Origin: Nitrososphaerota archaeon
GTDB taxonomy: Archaea; Thermoproteota; Nitrososphaeria; Nitrososphaerales; UBA57
NCBI GenBank assembly: GCA_013378385.1
Contig: JACAFS010000009.1
Coordinates: 1 to 24,224, forward strand
Direction: 5' to 3'
DNA length: 24,224 nt
Shown: positions 1-8,124 of the stretch, piece after piece
Position numbering within the stretch: the first letter of the stretch is position 1
Layout: every line of letters starts with the position of its first letter
Notes under the pieces: model-generated
What the model saw: the letters and a program-made list of their open reading frames with translations, nothing else
The model's database searches: none
Told to the model about the DNA's origin: nothing
Program-made: the position numbers and the translations under genes

Positions 1-1102
1 CAACTGCTGCGGAGTGTTTTGCCTGAACATTTCTATTATCAATCTCTAATCCAGGAATAATATTTGCTCGTGATTTATTTCCAAGCAGTATTGCATGCCC
101 TCCTAAAAATGTGTCTGCATCATGTGCATGCTTTTCGATTTTATTCATTCCTTTTAGTGTCATCTGCGACTTTCCAGTTAAAACTCCTTTCACATCTACG
201 CTACCTTTCGTACCTTTTGCAGAATGCCAAACACTTGTAACTAAATCGTGTCTTTCTTCCTTTGTCCCAATTACTAGGTGTAAATCTTGTATTGTTGAAT
301 TATCACCTATTAAACTCGAATAACTTCTTGATCTAGATACCTTTCCACCTAAGTATCCTACTGCCAATTTCACAGAGCTTTGTTTCCCTATTTCTGTTCT
401 TTTATTCATAAATGAAATCATATTATTATTGAATAATTGCATTTCAGTAATTGATAATCTTGCATTATTAGCAACAAAAATATCTTTTGAATAACCGAAT
501 ATTGAATCTATATTTTGTGATTTTATCGACGAATAATGTTCAATAAATAAATTAAAATCTGAATTGTCTTCTAGTATTATCAAATTCTTGTTAAATATTC
601 CACTGTTTGTATTTTCTTGTCTATTGATATATCTGATAGTGTCTAACATCTTCACATCTTTTGGAATATGTATAAATAACCCAGTTTGAAATATCGCATC
701 CGCAAGATATTCGAACTTATCACGTATGGGATTTTTCTCTATATACGACTTGACAATATCTGGATATTCACTTATTGCTTCATTGATATCTGTTACTATT
801 ACATTATTATTTTCAATATTCTTTTCAACAATTTCATTGTTAACCTGTAATAAGTTGATATGCCTTCCTCTATGTTCTGTTTCCGTATCTTGATTATTTC
901 CCTCAAAATTAATATCTTCTAAATTCAATTTTGTAAGAAAATCATTATATTTCTTAAATAAAATCGATTGCTCAAAGGACGATTCCTGAAATTTCTCAAA
1001 ACTTTTTAATCTATATTCTAACATCCAAGATGGCTCGTTGTTCTTCTTTGAAATTACTTTAACTATATCTGTGGATATGTTGTCAAAAATATTCTTTTGC
1101 AT
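1..1102 (-). CDS. sufD: Fe-S cluster assembly protein SufD (partial; the C-terminal end runs off the left edge of the window)
   Basis: Absent from the supplied ORF track because no stop codon lies inside the window. I checked the minus-strand frame by hand from the ATG at complement(1100..1102). All 367 codons down to position 2 are open. The product starts MQKNIFDNISTDIVKV and ends ...GHAILLGNKSRANIIPGLEIDNRNVQAKHSAAV, which resembles the conserved SufB/SufD C-terminal signature (PxLEI..D.V...H). It begins 19 nt downstream of the sufB stop on the same strand. Confidence 0.8.
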   Translation of the reverse strand, partial: MQKNIFDNISTDIVKVISKKNNEPSWMLEYRLKSFEKFQESSFEQSILFKKYNDFLTKLNLEDINFEGNNQDTETEHRGRHINLLQVNNEIVEKNIENNNVIVTDINEAISEYPDIVKSYIEKNPIRDKFEYLADAIFQTGLFIHIPKDVKMLDTIRYINRQENTNSGIFNKNLIILEDNSDFNLFIEHYSSIKSQNIDSIFGYSKDIFVANNARLSITEMQLFNNNMISFMNKRTEIGKQSSVKLAVGYLGGKVSRSRSYSSLIGDNSTIQDLHLVIGTKEERHDLVTSVWHSAKGTKGSVDVKGVLTGKSQMTLKGMNKIEKHAHDADTFLGGHAILLGNKSRANIIPGLEIDNRNVQAKHSAAV

Positions 1103-1121
1103 GATGAAATCTCTTTGCTTT

Positions 1122-2519
1122 TTAGCCTATTGAGCCTTCCATTTCTAAGGACATCAATTTGTTTAATTCTACCGCATATTCCATTGGTAATTCTTTAAGA
1201 AATGGTTCAAAAAATCCTAATACTACGATTCTTGTCGCTTCATCTTCTGTCAATCCTCTAGACATTAGATAAAATAATTGATCCTCACCAATTTTTCCGA
1301 CAGTTGCTTCATGCGTAAGTGTGGCATCTTCCTCAATAATCTCATTATATGGATAAGTATCAGAAATAGATTCATCATCTAATATTAAAGCATCACACCT
1401 GACAGTAGATTTCACATTTGTTGCTCCTTTAGCAACATGCAATAACCCTCTATAACTGGATCTTCCTCCATCCTTTGATATGGATTTTGCAATAATTTTT
1501 GACGATGTATTAGGTGCAAGGTGTATTACTTTTCCTCCAGAATCTTGATGTTGATTCTTTCCTGCATAAGCACAAGATAATATCTCTGCTTTTGCACCAT
1601 CTCCTAATAGATATACTGCAGGATATTTCATGGTTATCTTACTGCCTATGTTTCCATCTATCCATTCTACTGTTGCATTATCATATGCATGTGCACGTTT
1701 TGTCACCAAATTGTATACATCACTAGACCAATTCTGTATTGTTGTGTAACGAATTTTTGAACCTTTTTTCGCTATTAATTCAACTACTGCAGAATGTAAA
1801 GACTCAGACGAATAAACTGGAGCAGTACATCCCTCAATATAATGCACAGAACTTCCTTCATCAGCTATAATTAACGTTCTTTCAAATTGACCTATATTTT
1901 CCGCATTTATTCTAAAGTATGCTTGTAATGGCATATCCACATGTACTCCTTTAGGAATATATACAAAAGAACCTCCACTCCATACTGCACTGTTCAATGC
2001 TGCAAACTTATTATCTTCTGGCGGAATAATCTTACCAAAATATTCTTTCACAATGTCTTCATGCTTCTTTAAACCTTCATCCATTCCATAAAATATTACT
2101 CCTTGTTCTTCCAAATCTTTTCTTAGGCTGTGATATACTACATCTGATTCATATTGAGCTCCTACTCCTGCTAAGAACTTTCTTTCCGCTTCTGGTATTC
2201 CTAACTTATCAAATGTATTCTTAATATCTTCTGGCACGTCATCCCAATTGTTTGCTTGTTTCTCAGTTGGCCTGGCGTAATAGTAAATATTATCGAACAT
2301 AATCTGCTCTAAGTCTGCTCCCCATTTTGGCATTGGCTTTGAGTTAAATAATTTAAGTGATCTTAACCTAAAGTCTCTCATCCACTCTGGTTCATCTTTT
2401 GTCTCCGAAATCATTTTGACTATGTCTTCAGACAAACCTCTTTTGCCTTTATATACATAATTTTTAGTAGAATCTTTAAAATCATACTTATCATAATCAA
2501 ATGAAACCTGCTCTGTCAT
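1122..2519 (-). CDS. sufB: Fe-S cluster assembly protein SufB
   Basis: 465-aa ORF. It shows end-to-end SufB-like sequence (…[33 protein letters not shown]…, …[27 protein letters not shown]…, …[13 protein letters not shown]…[25 protein letters not shown]). It is followed directly by sufD. Confidence 0.95.
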
Positions 2520-2540
2520 ATTTTATGGTTAATTTTGGCG

Positions 2541-2548
2541 TTTATAGA
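2541..2548 (-). promoter_or_regulatory. TATA-like box upstream of sufB
   Basis: The minus strand reads TCTATAAA, followed by 21 nt and then the sufB ATG. The box centre is therefore about 25 nt upstream of the start codon, the spacing expected for an archaeal leaderless or short-leader mRNA. Support is motif plus spacing only. Confidence 0.3.
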
Positions 2549-2595
2549 TATTACTATTGTTATAAATTTCTACTAAAATCTGAATATAAATATCA

Positions 2596-2603
2596 TTTAA
2601 ATA
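2596..2603 (+). promoter_or_regulatory. TATA-like box upstream of tRNA-Ile
   Basis: TTTAAATA is centred about 29 nt upstream of the mature tRNA 5' end at 2629. It sits inside a small palindrome, CATTTA-AA-TAAATG (2594-2607). Support is motif plus spacing only. Confidence 0.3.
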
Positions 2604-2628
2604 AATGATTGTGAAAGAGAACCCAGTA

Positions 2629-2730
2629 GGGCCATTAGCTCAGCTTGGTTAGAGTATAACACGGCAAAAGCGTTCGACTGATAATATTTCAGACATCGAA
2701 AGGTCGAGAGTTCAAATCTCCCATGGCCCA
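2629..2730 (+). tRNA. tRNA-Ile (anticodon GAU) interrupted by two short introns
   Basis: Hand fold:
- Acceptor GGGCCAT/ATGGCCC with discriminator A.
- D-arm GCTC-AGCTTGGTTA-GAG(C).
- Anticodon stem TTCGA (2673-2677) / TCGAA (2696-2700), loop CTGATAA, anticodon GAT at 2680-2682.
- Variable loop AGGTC.
- T-arm GAGAG-TTCAAAT-CTCCC, with one A.C mismatch.

The gene is 102 nt against a 75-nt mature form. A 16-nt insertion at about 2655-2670 lies between the D-stem 3' strand and the anticodon stem; its boundary is ambiguous by 1 nt. An 11-nt intron at 2684-2694 occupies the canonical 37/38 site. For that intron, CTGA (2678-81) pairs with TCAG (2689-92), flanked by the 3-nt bulges TAA and ACA, which is a relaxed bulge-helix-bulge/loop. 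Confidence 0.8.
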
Positions 2731-2769
2731 CTATATTATAAATCTCGATACAATAGAATTATGTGATGT

Positions 2770-3045
2770 ATGATGGCGGAAAAAGATAATGAAAATAATG
2801 AGCTTCTGAATAAGGCCACTGTTATTCTTTTATCTGTATCAGATAATCCAAGTACACCACGAAATATACGTAAATTGATTAAAGATTCAATTGACACACT
2901 TAAAGATGATTCACTTAGTGTAGGCGTTCGAGCTGCAAATGCCATTAGTATGCTTGAAGATGTCTCTCAAGACCCAAATATTCCTTCCTTTTCCAGAGTG
3001 ACTATCTGGAGTGCAGTTAGCAGTTTAGAAAGTATTCGGGACTGA
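2770..3045 (+). CDS. UPF0147-family small archaeal protein
   Basis: 91-aa ORF. It carries the pattern I recognise from the archaeal UPF0147 family: ...DNPSTPRNIRKLIKDSIDTL...SLSVGVRAANAISMLEDVSQDPNIPSFSRVTIWSAVSSLE. An ATTATAAA box at 2735-2742 lies about 30 nt upstream. Confidence 0.7.
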   Translation: MMAEKDNENNELLNKATVILLSVSDNPSTPRNIRKLIKDSIDTLKDDSLSVGVRAANAISMLEDVSQDPNIPSFSRVTIWSAVSSLESIRD

Positions 3046-3059
3046 TAAACCTCATAATA

Positions 3060-3067
3060 GTTTATTA
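3060..3067 (+). promoter_or_regulatory. TATA-like box upstream of the 688-aa PEPCK-like gene
   Basis: GTTTATTA is followed by 24 nt and then the ATG at 3092. Support is motif plus spacing only. Confidence 0.25.
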
Positions 3068-3091
3068 GTGTGAACTTTTCAAATATTAGTA

Positions 3092-5158
3092 ATGAGTCAA
3101 ATAACTACATTAAATCTTGAAGACTATATTCAAGAACAATACAAAAACAATACTGACATGGTAGTTCGTCTTAATGATGGATCTATTATCTTTGTAGATG
3201 AAAAAGCCCTTGACAAAAACAAAATGAGTGCCGAGGGAAATCCCGTTAAAAACTTTGGAGTAAGATATCGCGTTATGAGCGACGACATGAAAACCGTTAG
3301 TGCTCAATACTTAATTCCTAATGAAGTTCTCAAACTTGCTAAAACAAGAGGAAAAGAATTTGCTGGTATAAAACTTCCGGTTGGTACCCTTTGGAACGAT
3401 CAAACCCCTAAATTTGGCGTTTGGTTAAAAATTTATCCAAACTTCCAACAAATTGGAACAAACGATCGTGGAGAAATTGTATTACGTGATCGAAAAGATT
3501 TTCAACCAATGACTGGTGCAGTAATTAATTCAAATAATACAATCATCATGGGTAGAGCAGAACGTTTAGTTACACGTCTATCTAAAACTGATGCCGATAT
3601 AGATTGTGCTGAAGCTGATGCTTGGTTAAAGGCATTTGAAATTCTTGACGATACCGCTACCTTAACTCGTGACTATCTATGCGCTGGTATTCAATACCGA
3701 CATGAAGGAAATGCACCATATCTCAATCTAACTACTGATGTTAACTTCTTTGATCTAGATGACAAAGAAATGCTTGACCTCAGAAAGATTATCCAATCTC
3801 GATTTGATAAAATCGGTCGTAGTATCCCTAATGTTAAGATTAGATCAGTAATCAATCTTCCAAAAACTGAAGAAGATTTCAACTCAATCCTTTCTAAATT
3901 AAAAGAAAAGGGTACTTCTGCAAAAGAATTAGGATTGCCTGAATCTTATTCTGATTCACGCTTCTATGATCCAAAGAAGAATACAGTTTCATCATCAAAC
4001 TTTGTACTATTTGTACCATTAGCTGAATTACCTGATGAAATCACTATTACAACAATCAATACTGATTATCATGGTGAAGTAAAGTCTCGTGGTGTATTGT
4101 CTCCATTAATGGCAATATTATCTCTTGTCGACGTTATTTCTGCACATGCAGGATCAGGAGTTTTAAGCCAAAATGGAACTGCTACTACATTTACAGGTCC
4201 TACAGGTACTGGTAAAACCACTGCAACATCATTCTTTGCTGAAAAGAATGAAAAGTTTAGAAGACAAGAATTACGTCGTAGATACGAAATCATTCTTAAA
4301 AAACAACATCCTGACCTCTCAGATAGCGACTTCCAAGCAAAAGTTGACGAAGTAGTTGCTGGTGTTGGTATTATGTGCCAAGAAGACTGGATTGAAATTT
4401 CAGAAAACGACAACGGCACATGGTCATTTTGGCCAACTGAAAAGTCACTTTATGCAAGAACTGGCGGTTTCCCTGGATTAGATTTCATTCTAATTGAAAA
4501 TGAACCTATGTTGGAAAATGCATTAGCAGACTTCGGTGCATCGGGTTGTAAAAAATACCTTGGTAAAGTAACACATGAATTCTTCCCTGAAAGAATTTTC
4601 TACGAACCAAAATGGGGTCATTTATTATATGATAGATCTGTAAGACCAATCTCTGCACATGTATTTCTTGAAAGAAATGCTGACTTAGATTTCTTTGCAA
4701 AACAAGTTAATGCAAAAGAAGCTGTTGAATATTTGCTAGTCGGAAGAACTCCATCTGGTAAATATGAACCTATGTACAATGCATATCCTGATTTCAGTGG
4801 TTTCTTAATGGAACATGGAATCATTGGACCTAAACTTGTTGAGGCATATGCCAAAGCAAAAGCAGGAGATTATTCTGTGATTGGCAATGGCGACGCATCT
4901 ACTGGTAAAGCAGTATTTGAAAAGCTAGATAAACAATTACAACTTTGGGAAAAGAGCTGTGAAGTCACACCTGCATTCATCGTCAATGGCGCACCTGGAC
5001 TCTTTATCACACAGGATGTAAATTGGTTACTCTCAGAGATGCCAGACATATTCGACAATTGGAAACACGTTACCTTGGATGACTACAAAACCTTCATGGA
5101 AAAGGAATTCGGCGTAACTTATGGTCCAAAAGGCGAATGGACACATATTGAATATTAG
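3092..5158 (+). CDS. Divergent ATP-PEP carboxykinase / HprK-superfamily P-loop protein; function uncertain
   Basis: 688-aa ORF. The motifs run in the same order as ATP-dependent PEPCK:
- MGR (aa 153-155)
- SNFVLFVPL...DYHGEVKSRG (aa 325-334)
- SAHAGSG (His352)
- P-loop FTGPTGTGKTT (aa 369-377, nt 4196-4222)
- MCQEDW (aa 428-433)
- LYART
- MLENA
- DRSVRPI
- AVEYLLVGRT
- AFIVNG

The comparison with E. coli PckA is from memory, not from a search. Confidence 0.6.
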   Translation: MSQITTLNLEDYIQEQYKNNTDMVVRLNDGSIIFVDEKALDKNKMSAEGNPVKNFGVRYRVMSDDMKTVSAQYLIPNEVLKLAKTRGKEFAGIKLPVGTLWNDQTPKFGVWLKIYPNFQQIGTNDRGEIVLRDRKDFQPMTGAVINSNNTIIMGRAERLVTRLSKTDADIDCAEADAWLKAFEILDDTATLTRDYLCAGIQYRHEGNAPYLNLTTDVNFFDLDDKEMLDLRKIIQSRFDKIGRSIPNVKIRSVINLPKTEEDFNSILSKLKEKGTSAKELGLPESYSDSRFYDPKKNTVSSSNFVLFVPLAELPDEITITTINTDYHGEVKSRGVLSPLMAILSLVDVISAHAGSGVLSQNGTATTFTGPTGTGKTTATSFFAEKNEKFRRQELRRRYEIILKKQHPDLSDSDFQAKVDEVVAGVGIMCQEDWIEISENDNGTWSFWPTEKSLYARTGGFPGLDFILIENEPMLENALADFGASGCKKYLGKVTHEFFPERIFYEPKWGHLLYDRSVRPISAHVFLERNADLDFFAKQVNAKEAVEYLLVGRTPSGKYEPMYNAYPDFSGFLMEHGIIGPKLVEAYAKAKAGDYSVIGNGDASTGKAVFEKLDKQLQLWEKSCEVTPAFIVNGAPGLFITQDVNWLLSEMPDIFDNWKHVTLDDYKTFMEKEFGVTYGPKGEWTHIEY

Positions 5159-5178
5159 GAAAGAACTATTTCTTTCCT
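5157..5178. terminator. Perfect 9-bp inverted repeat (hairpin) between convergent genes; candidate bidirectional terminator
   Basis: AGGAAAGAA (5157-5165), loop CTAT, then TTCTTTCCT (5170-5178). The TAG stop of the + gene (5156-5158) overlaps the left arm. The TAG stop of htpX (complement 5166-5168) lies in the loop. Both strands read a pyrimidine/T-rich TTCTTTCCT on the descending arm. Confidence 0.4.
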
Positions 5179-6173
5179 AAAGCATTCAATCTCTTCGTGA
5201 TATTTGGATGCGTACTCAAAAGTTCAAGGAGATGCTCCTTGAACGAAATTTCTTTTTTAGCATATTTCTCTACCAGTTCTCTATCTGATAATTTAATCTT
5301 AGATTTTTGAAGAGATACGATATCTTTATGCGAAGAATCTGGATTACTTATCATTAATGTACTAAATCCAGAAATTTTCATATCTTTATGTTTTTTTAAC
5401 CTTAATTGTTCATGATTTTCAACAATTTTTACTAAACCTTCTTGTAATTTCCTTCCGCCTTCCTTTACATGCTGTCTTGCAAACATATCTGCATACTCTT
5501 CTCTTCTACGACCTAAAGACTTGCACACTAAACCTAAAATAAACGATCCAATAATTGCCGCAAATGCTATTGCAAGCGTTCCTCCACTGTTTCTTCTGTT
5601 GAACATTGAACTCCAAATTAAGCTATGCCCAAGAGTTGAAAGTATAGATGGTAAAAATGACGCTACCATCATAACTTCAACGTCTTTATGTTTTATATGA
5701 CCTAATTCATGACCTATTATCGCTTCTATTTCTTCAAGTTCAACGCTTGGATCCACCATGTTTGTTAATCCTTGTGTTATAGCTATTCTTTTTCCATATT
5801 TTGGCGAACCATATGCAAATGCATTTGGTACTTTAACATCTGAATACATAATTTTTGGAACTTGCATATTTGCACTCTTGCAAATTCTCTCTACTGTATC
5901 GTAAATCCATTGTCCACTAATACTTTTTATTTTAGGATTGGCACAGGGTATATTGTCTGTTTTTTTTAATTCTTTAACTTTATACATCTTTTCTACCATT
6001 TTTGGTCCATAGATCCACTGAATAAAATGAAAAATACCCACCAAAACAATTATGAACCATATATTATACGTTCCTCCTAACATCAATAGAATTATTGAAA
6101 AAATTAATGTTGATAACCCAATTAATAATCCCATCGTACCTAAAATCGTTAATTGTAATTTCAGCAGTCTCAT
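5166..6173 (-). CDS. htpX: M48-family zinc metalloprotease, HtpX-like
   Basis: 335-aa ORF. It has N-terminal hydrophobic segments, an HEXXH motif (IIGHELGHIKHKD), further hydrophobic segments, and a ...EYADMFA... region, as in HtpX/M48 proteases. Confidence 0.85.
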   Translation of the reverse strand: MRLLKLQLTILGTMGLLIGLSTLIFSIILLMLGGTYNIWFIIVLVGIFHFIQWIYGPKMVEKMYKVKELKKTDNIPCANPKIKSISGQWIYDTVERICKSANMQVPKIMYSDVKVPNAFAYGSPKYGKRIAITQGLTNMVDPSVELEEIEAIIGHELGHIKHKDVEVMMVASFLPSILSTLGHSLIWSSMFNRRNSGGTLAIAFAAIIGSFILGLVCKSLGRRREEYADMFARQHVKEGGRKLQEGLVKIVENHEQLRLKKHKDMKISGFSTLMISNPDSSHKDIVSLQKSKIKLSDRELVEKYAKKEISFKEHLLELLSTHPNITKRLNALGKK

Positions 6174-6203
6174 ACTAATTACTCATCTTGTTCTAAATTA
6201 TAT

Positions 6204-7079
6204 CTATTCCTTGAATCCGTAATACCTTGCTACAAATGAACCTAGTATCATTAATGATATCGAGAATCCTGCAAGTACTTGAAAATCAAAAATTACATTG
6301 CTGGTTATCTCTCCAGTAATGAATAAAGTTCTAGTTAGATCTGCTGAATATGTTATAGGGTTTACTCTAGCGATTGTTTGTAGCCAGTCTGGCATAAATG
6401 AGATTGGGAACAATGCCCCACTTGCAAATAATAAAGGAAGGTTGACTAGGTTCGCGACTGCAATTAATGTCTCCCATTTTCTCATTCTCAAGGCCATTGC
6501 TGTAAATAAGCATGCAAATCCTGTTGCTAACATAAATAACGAAACAAACACAACCACAACAACTGTAATATTGAGTTTAGCAAGTACTAATCCTCCAGGA
6601 ATTAATGATGCTATGATGAATACAAGCGAACATTGAATTAATGCTTTAATGACTGTTGAAAAAACCTTTGCATAGTATATTGAACTTCTTGGTATCGGTG
6701 CAACTAGTAGCTTATCCAGAAAACCAAATCTTCTATCCCATATTACTGAACTTCCACTAAATGCCGAAGAGAATAATATTAATGTCGATAGAACTCCACC
6801 TGTTAAAAATGTTAAATAATTAGGCGCACCCTGAAATGTTTGCTCAAGAATCAAATTACTTGAATTGGCAAAAAACTCTTTTATCCCCATGACAACTTCA
6901 GGAGGCATATTCTCTGAAAATGTTAGGTTTTCAAATGAAATTATCCTTGTTGGATTAAATGAATTTCCAAACAAAGTTATCCAAACTACTGGTTGAATTA
7001 ATGCCGAAAAAATCAACGCTGGTACTTTATACCATTTTTCTAATTCACGTTTTATTAATACCCATGTTTCAATAATCAT
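6204..7079 (-). CDS. ABC-2 type exporter permease
   Basis: 291-aa polytopic membrane protein with an ABC-2 (DrrB-like) N-terminus (WVLIKRELEKWYKVPALIFSALIQPVVW) and about 6 hydrophobic spans. Its ATG directly abuts the stop of the upstream ATPase gene (TAA-ATG, zero spacer). Confidence 0.8.
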   Translation of the reverse strand: MIIETWVLIKRELEKWYKVPALIFSALIQPVVWITLFGNSFNPTRIISFENLTFSENMPPEVVMGIKEFFANSSNLILEQTFQGAPNYLTFLTGGVLSTLILFSSAFSGSSVIWDRRFGFLDKLLVAPIPRSSIYYAKVFSTVIKALIQCSLVFIIASLIPGGLVLAKLNITVVVVVFVSLFMLATGFACLFTAMALRMRKWETLIAVANLVNLPLLFASGALFPISFMPDWLQTIARVNPITYSADLTRTLFITGEITSNVIFDFQVLAGFSISLMILGSFVARYYGFKE

Positions 7080-8075
7080 TTATCTCGCTTTCCATAGTCT
7101 CTGCATTGCAGCTTTATCACTATAACCTGCCCCTGTATCTCGTAATGATTTTCCTGTATATTCTAGAAATACTTCATCTAACGATGGCTTAGAGAGTGCC
7201 ACAGTCTTCACATTAATTTTATTTGCTTTGCAAATTTCTAGTATTAACGGCAATACTTCATCCCCTTTCTTCGTCTTAATTCGAAGTTTCTGTCCAACCG
7301 TGTCAATCTTTTCTACAGAACTAAATTCAGATATTAATTCCTTCGCTTTCACATTATCGTCTACTGATATTTCTATCGTATCTCCACCTAATTTTTGTTT
7401 CAGATTTGATGGTGTGTCTTCTATTAAGACCTTACCCTGGTCAATAATTGCTATTCTATCACACAGCAAATCTGCTTCTTCCAAATAATGTGTTGTAATA
7501 AAAATTGTCAAACCATTTTCCTTATTCAATTTCTTAAGATAGTCCCAAATTACTGAACGTGTTTGAATATCTAAACCTAAAGTTGGTTCATCTAGAAATA
7601 ATACTTTTGGATTATGTATTAATCCGATAATTAATTCCAATCTCTTTCTCATTCCGCCTGAGTAAGTTGATACGTCTCGTTCCGCAGCATCTTTCAGACC
7701 TACCAGTTTTAATAACTCATCTGCTCGTTCTTTTGCAATTTTATCAGGAACATGATATAATTTTGCAGATAATAGTAAATTTGTCATTCCTTTTAGATCA
7801 TCGTCTAATGTCAATGCTTGCGGTACAATTCCTATTGAACTTCTTACAGAATCTGGTTTTTTTCTAACATCAAATGTAGCTATGTTTACTTGACCATTAG
7901 TAGGCTGCAATAAAGTTGTCAAAACTTTAATTGTTGTGGTCTTTCCTGCACCATTTGGCCCTAAAAAACCAAAAATCTCACCTTCCTTTACATGAAATGA
8001 TATGTTATCTACTGCAACTATCTCTTTATCAAAAACTTTACTCAAATTCTCTACTTGTACTATATCCATTGTCAT
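7080..8075 (-). CDS. ABC transporter ATP-binding protein (DrrA/CcmA-like) with C-terminal extension
   Basis: Walker A GPNGAGKTT, signature YSGGMRKRL, Walker B VLFLDEPTLGLD, and H-loop ITTHY. An extra C-terminal domain of about 100 aa is present. Confidence 0.9.
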   Translation of the reverse strand: MTMDIVQVENLSKVFDKEIVAVDNISFHVKEGEIFGFLGPNGAGKTTTIKVLTTLLQPTNGQVNIATFDVRKKPDSVRSSIGIVPQALTLDDDLKGMTNLLLSAKLYHVPDKIAKERADELLKLVGLKDAAERDVSTYSGGMRKRLELIIGLIHNPKVLFLDEPTLGLDIQTRSVIWDYLKKLNKENGLTIFITTHYLEEADLLCDRIAIIDQGKVLIEDTPSNLKQKLGGDTIEISVDDNVKAKELISEFSSVEKIDTVGQKLRIKTKKGDEVLPLILEICKANKINVKTVALSKPSLDEVFLEYTGKSLRDTGAGYSDKAAMQRLWKAR

Positions 8076-8124
8076 ACCTTTGATGTTAGATTAATAAATA
8101 ATCTTTCTGTCGGATAATATACTA

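Noticed and set aside
1101-1107. ATGATGA (C-box-like) in the sufB-sufD spacer, and GTGATGATGA at the pgk stop region (about 19745-19757, minus strand), as possible C/D box sRNAs
   Set aside because: There is no CTGA D or D' box at the required spacing of about 12 nt, and no C' box or terminal stem. The sequences are explained by start and stop codons.
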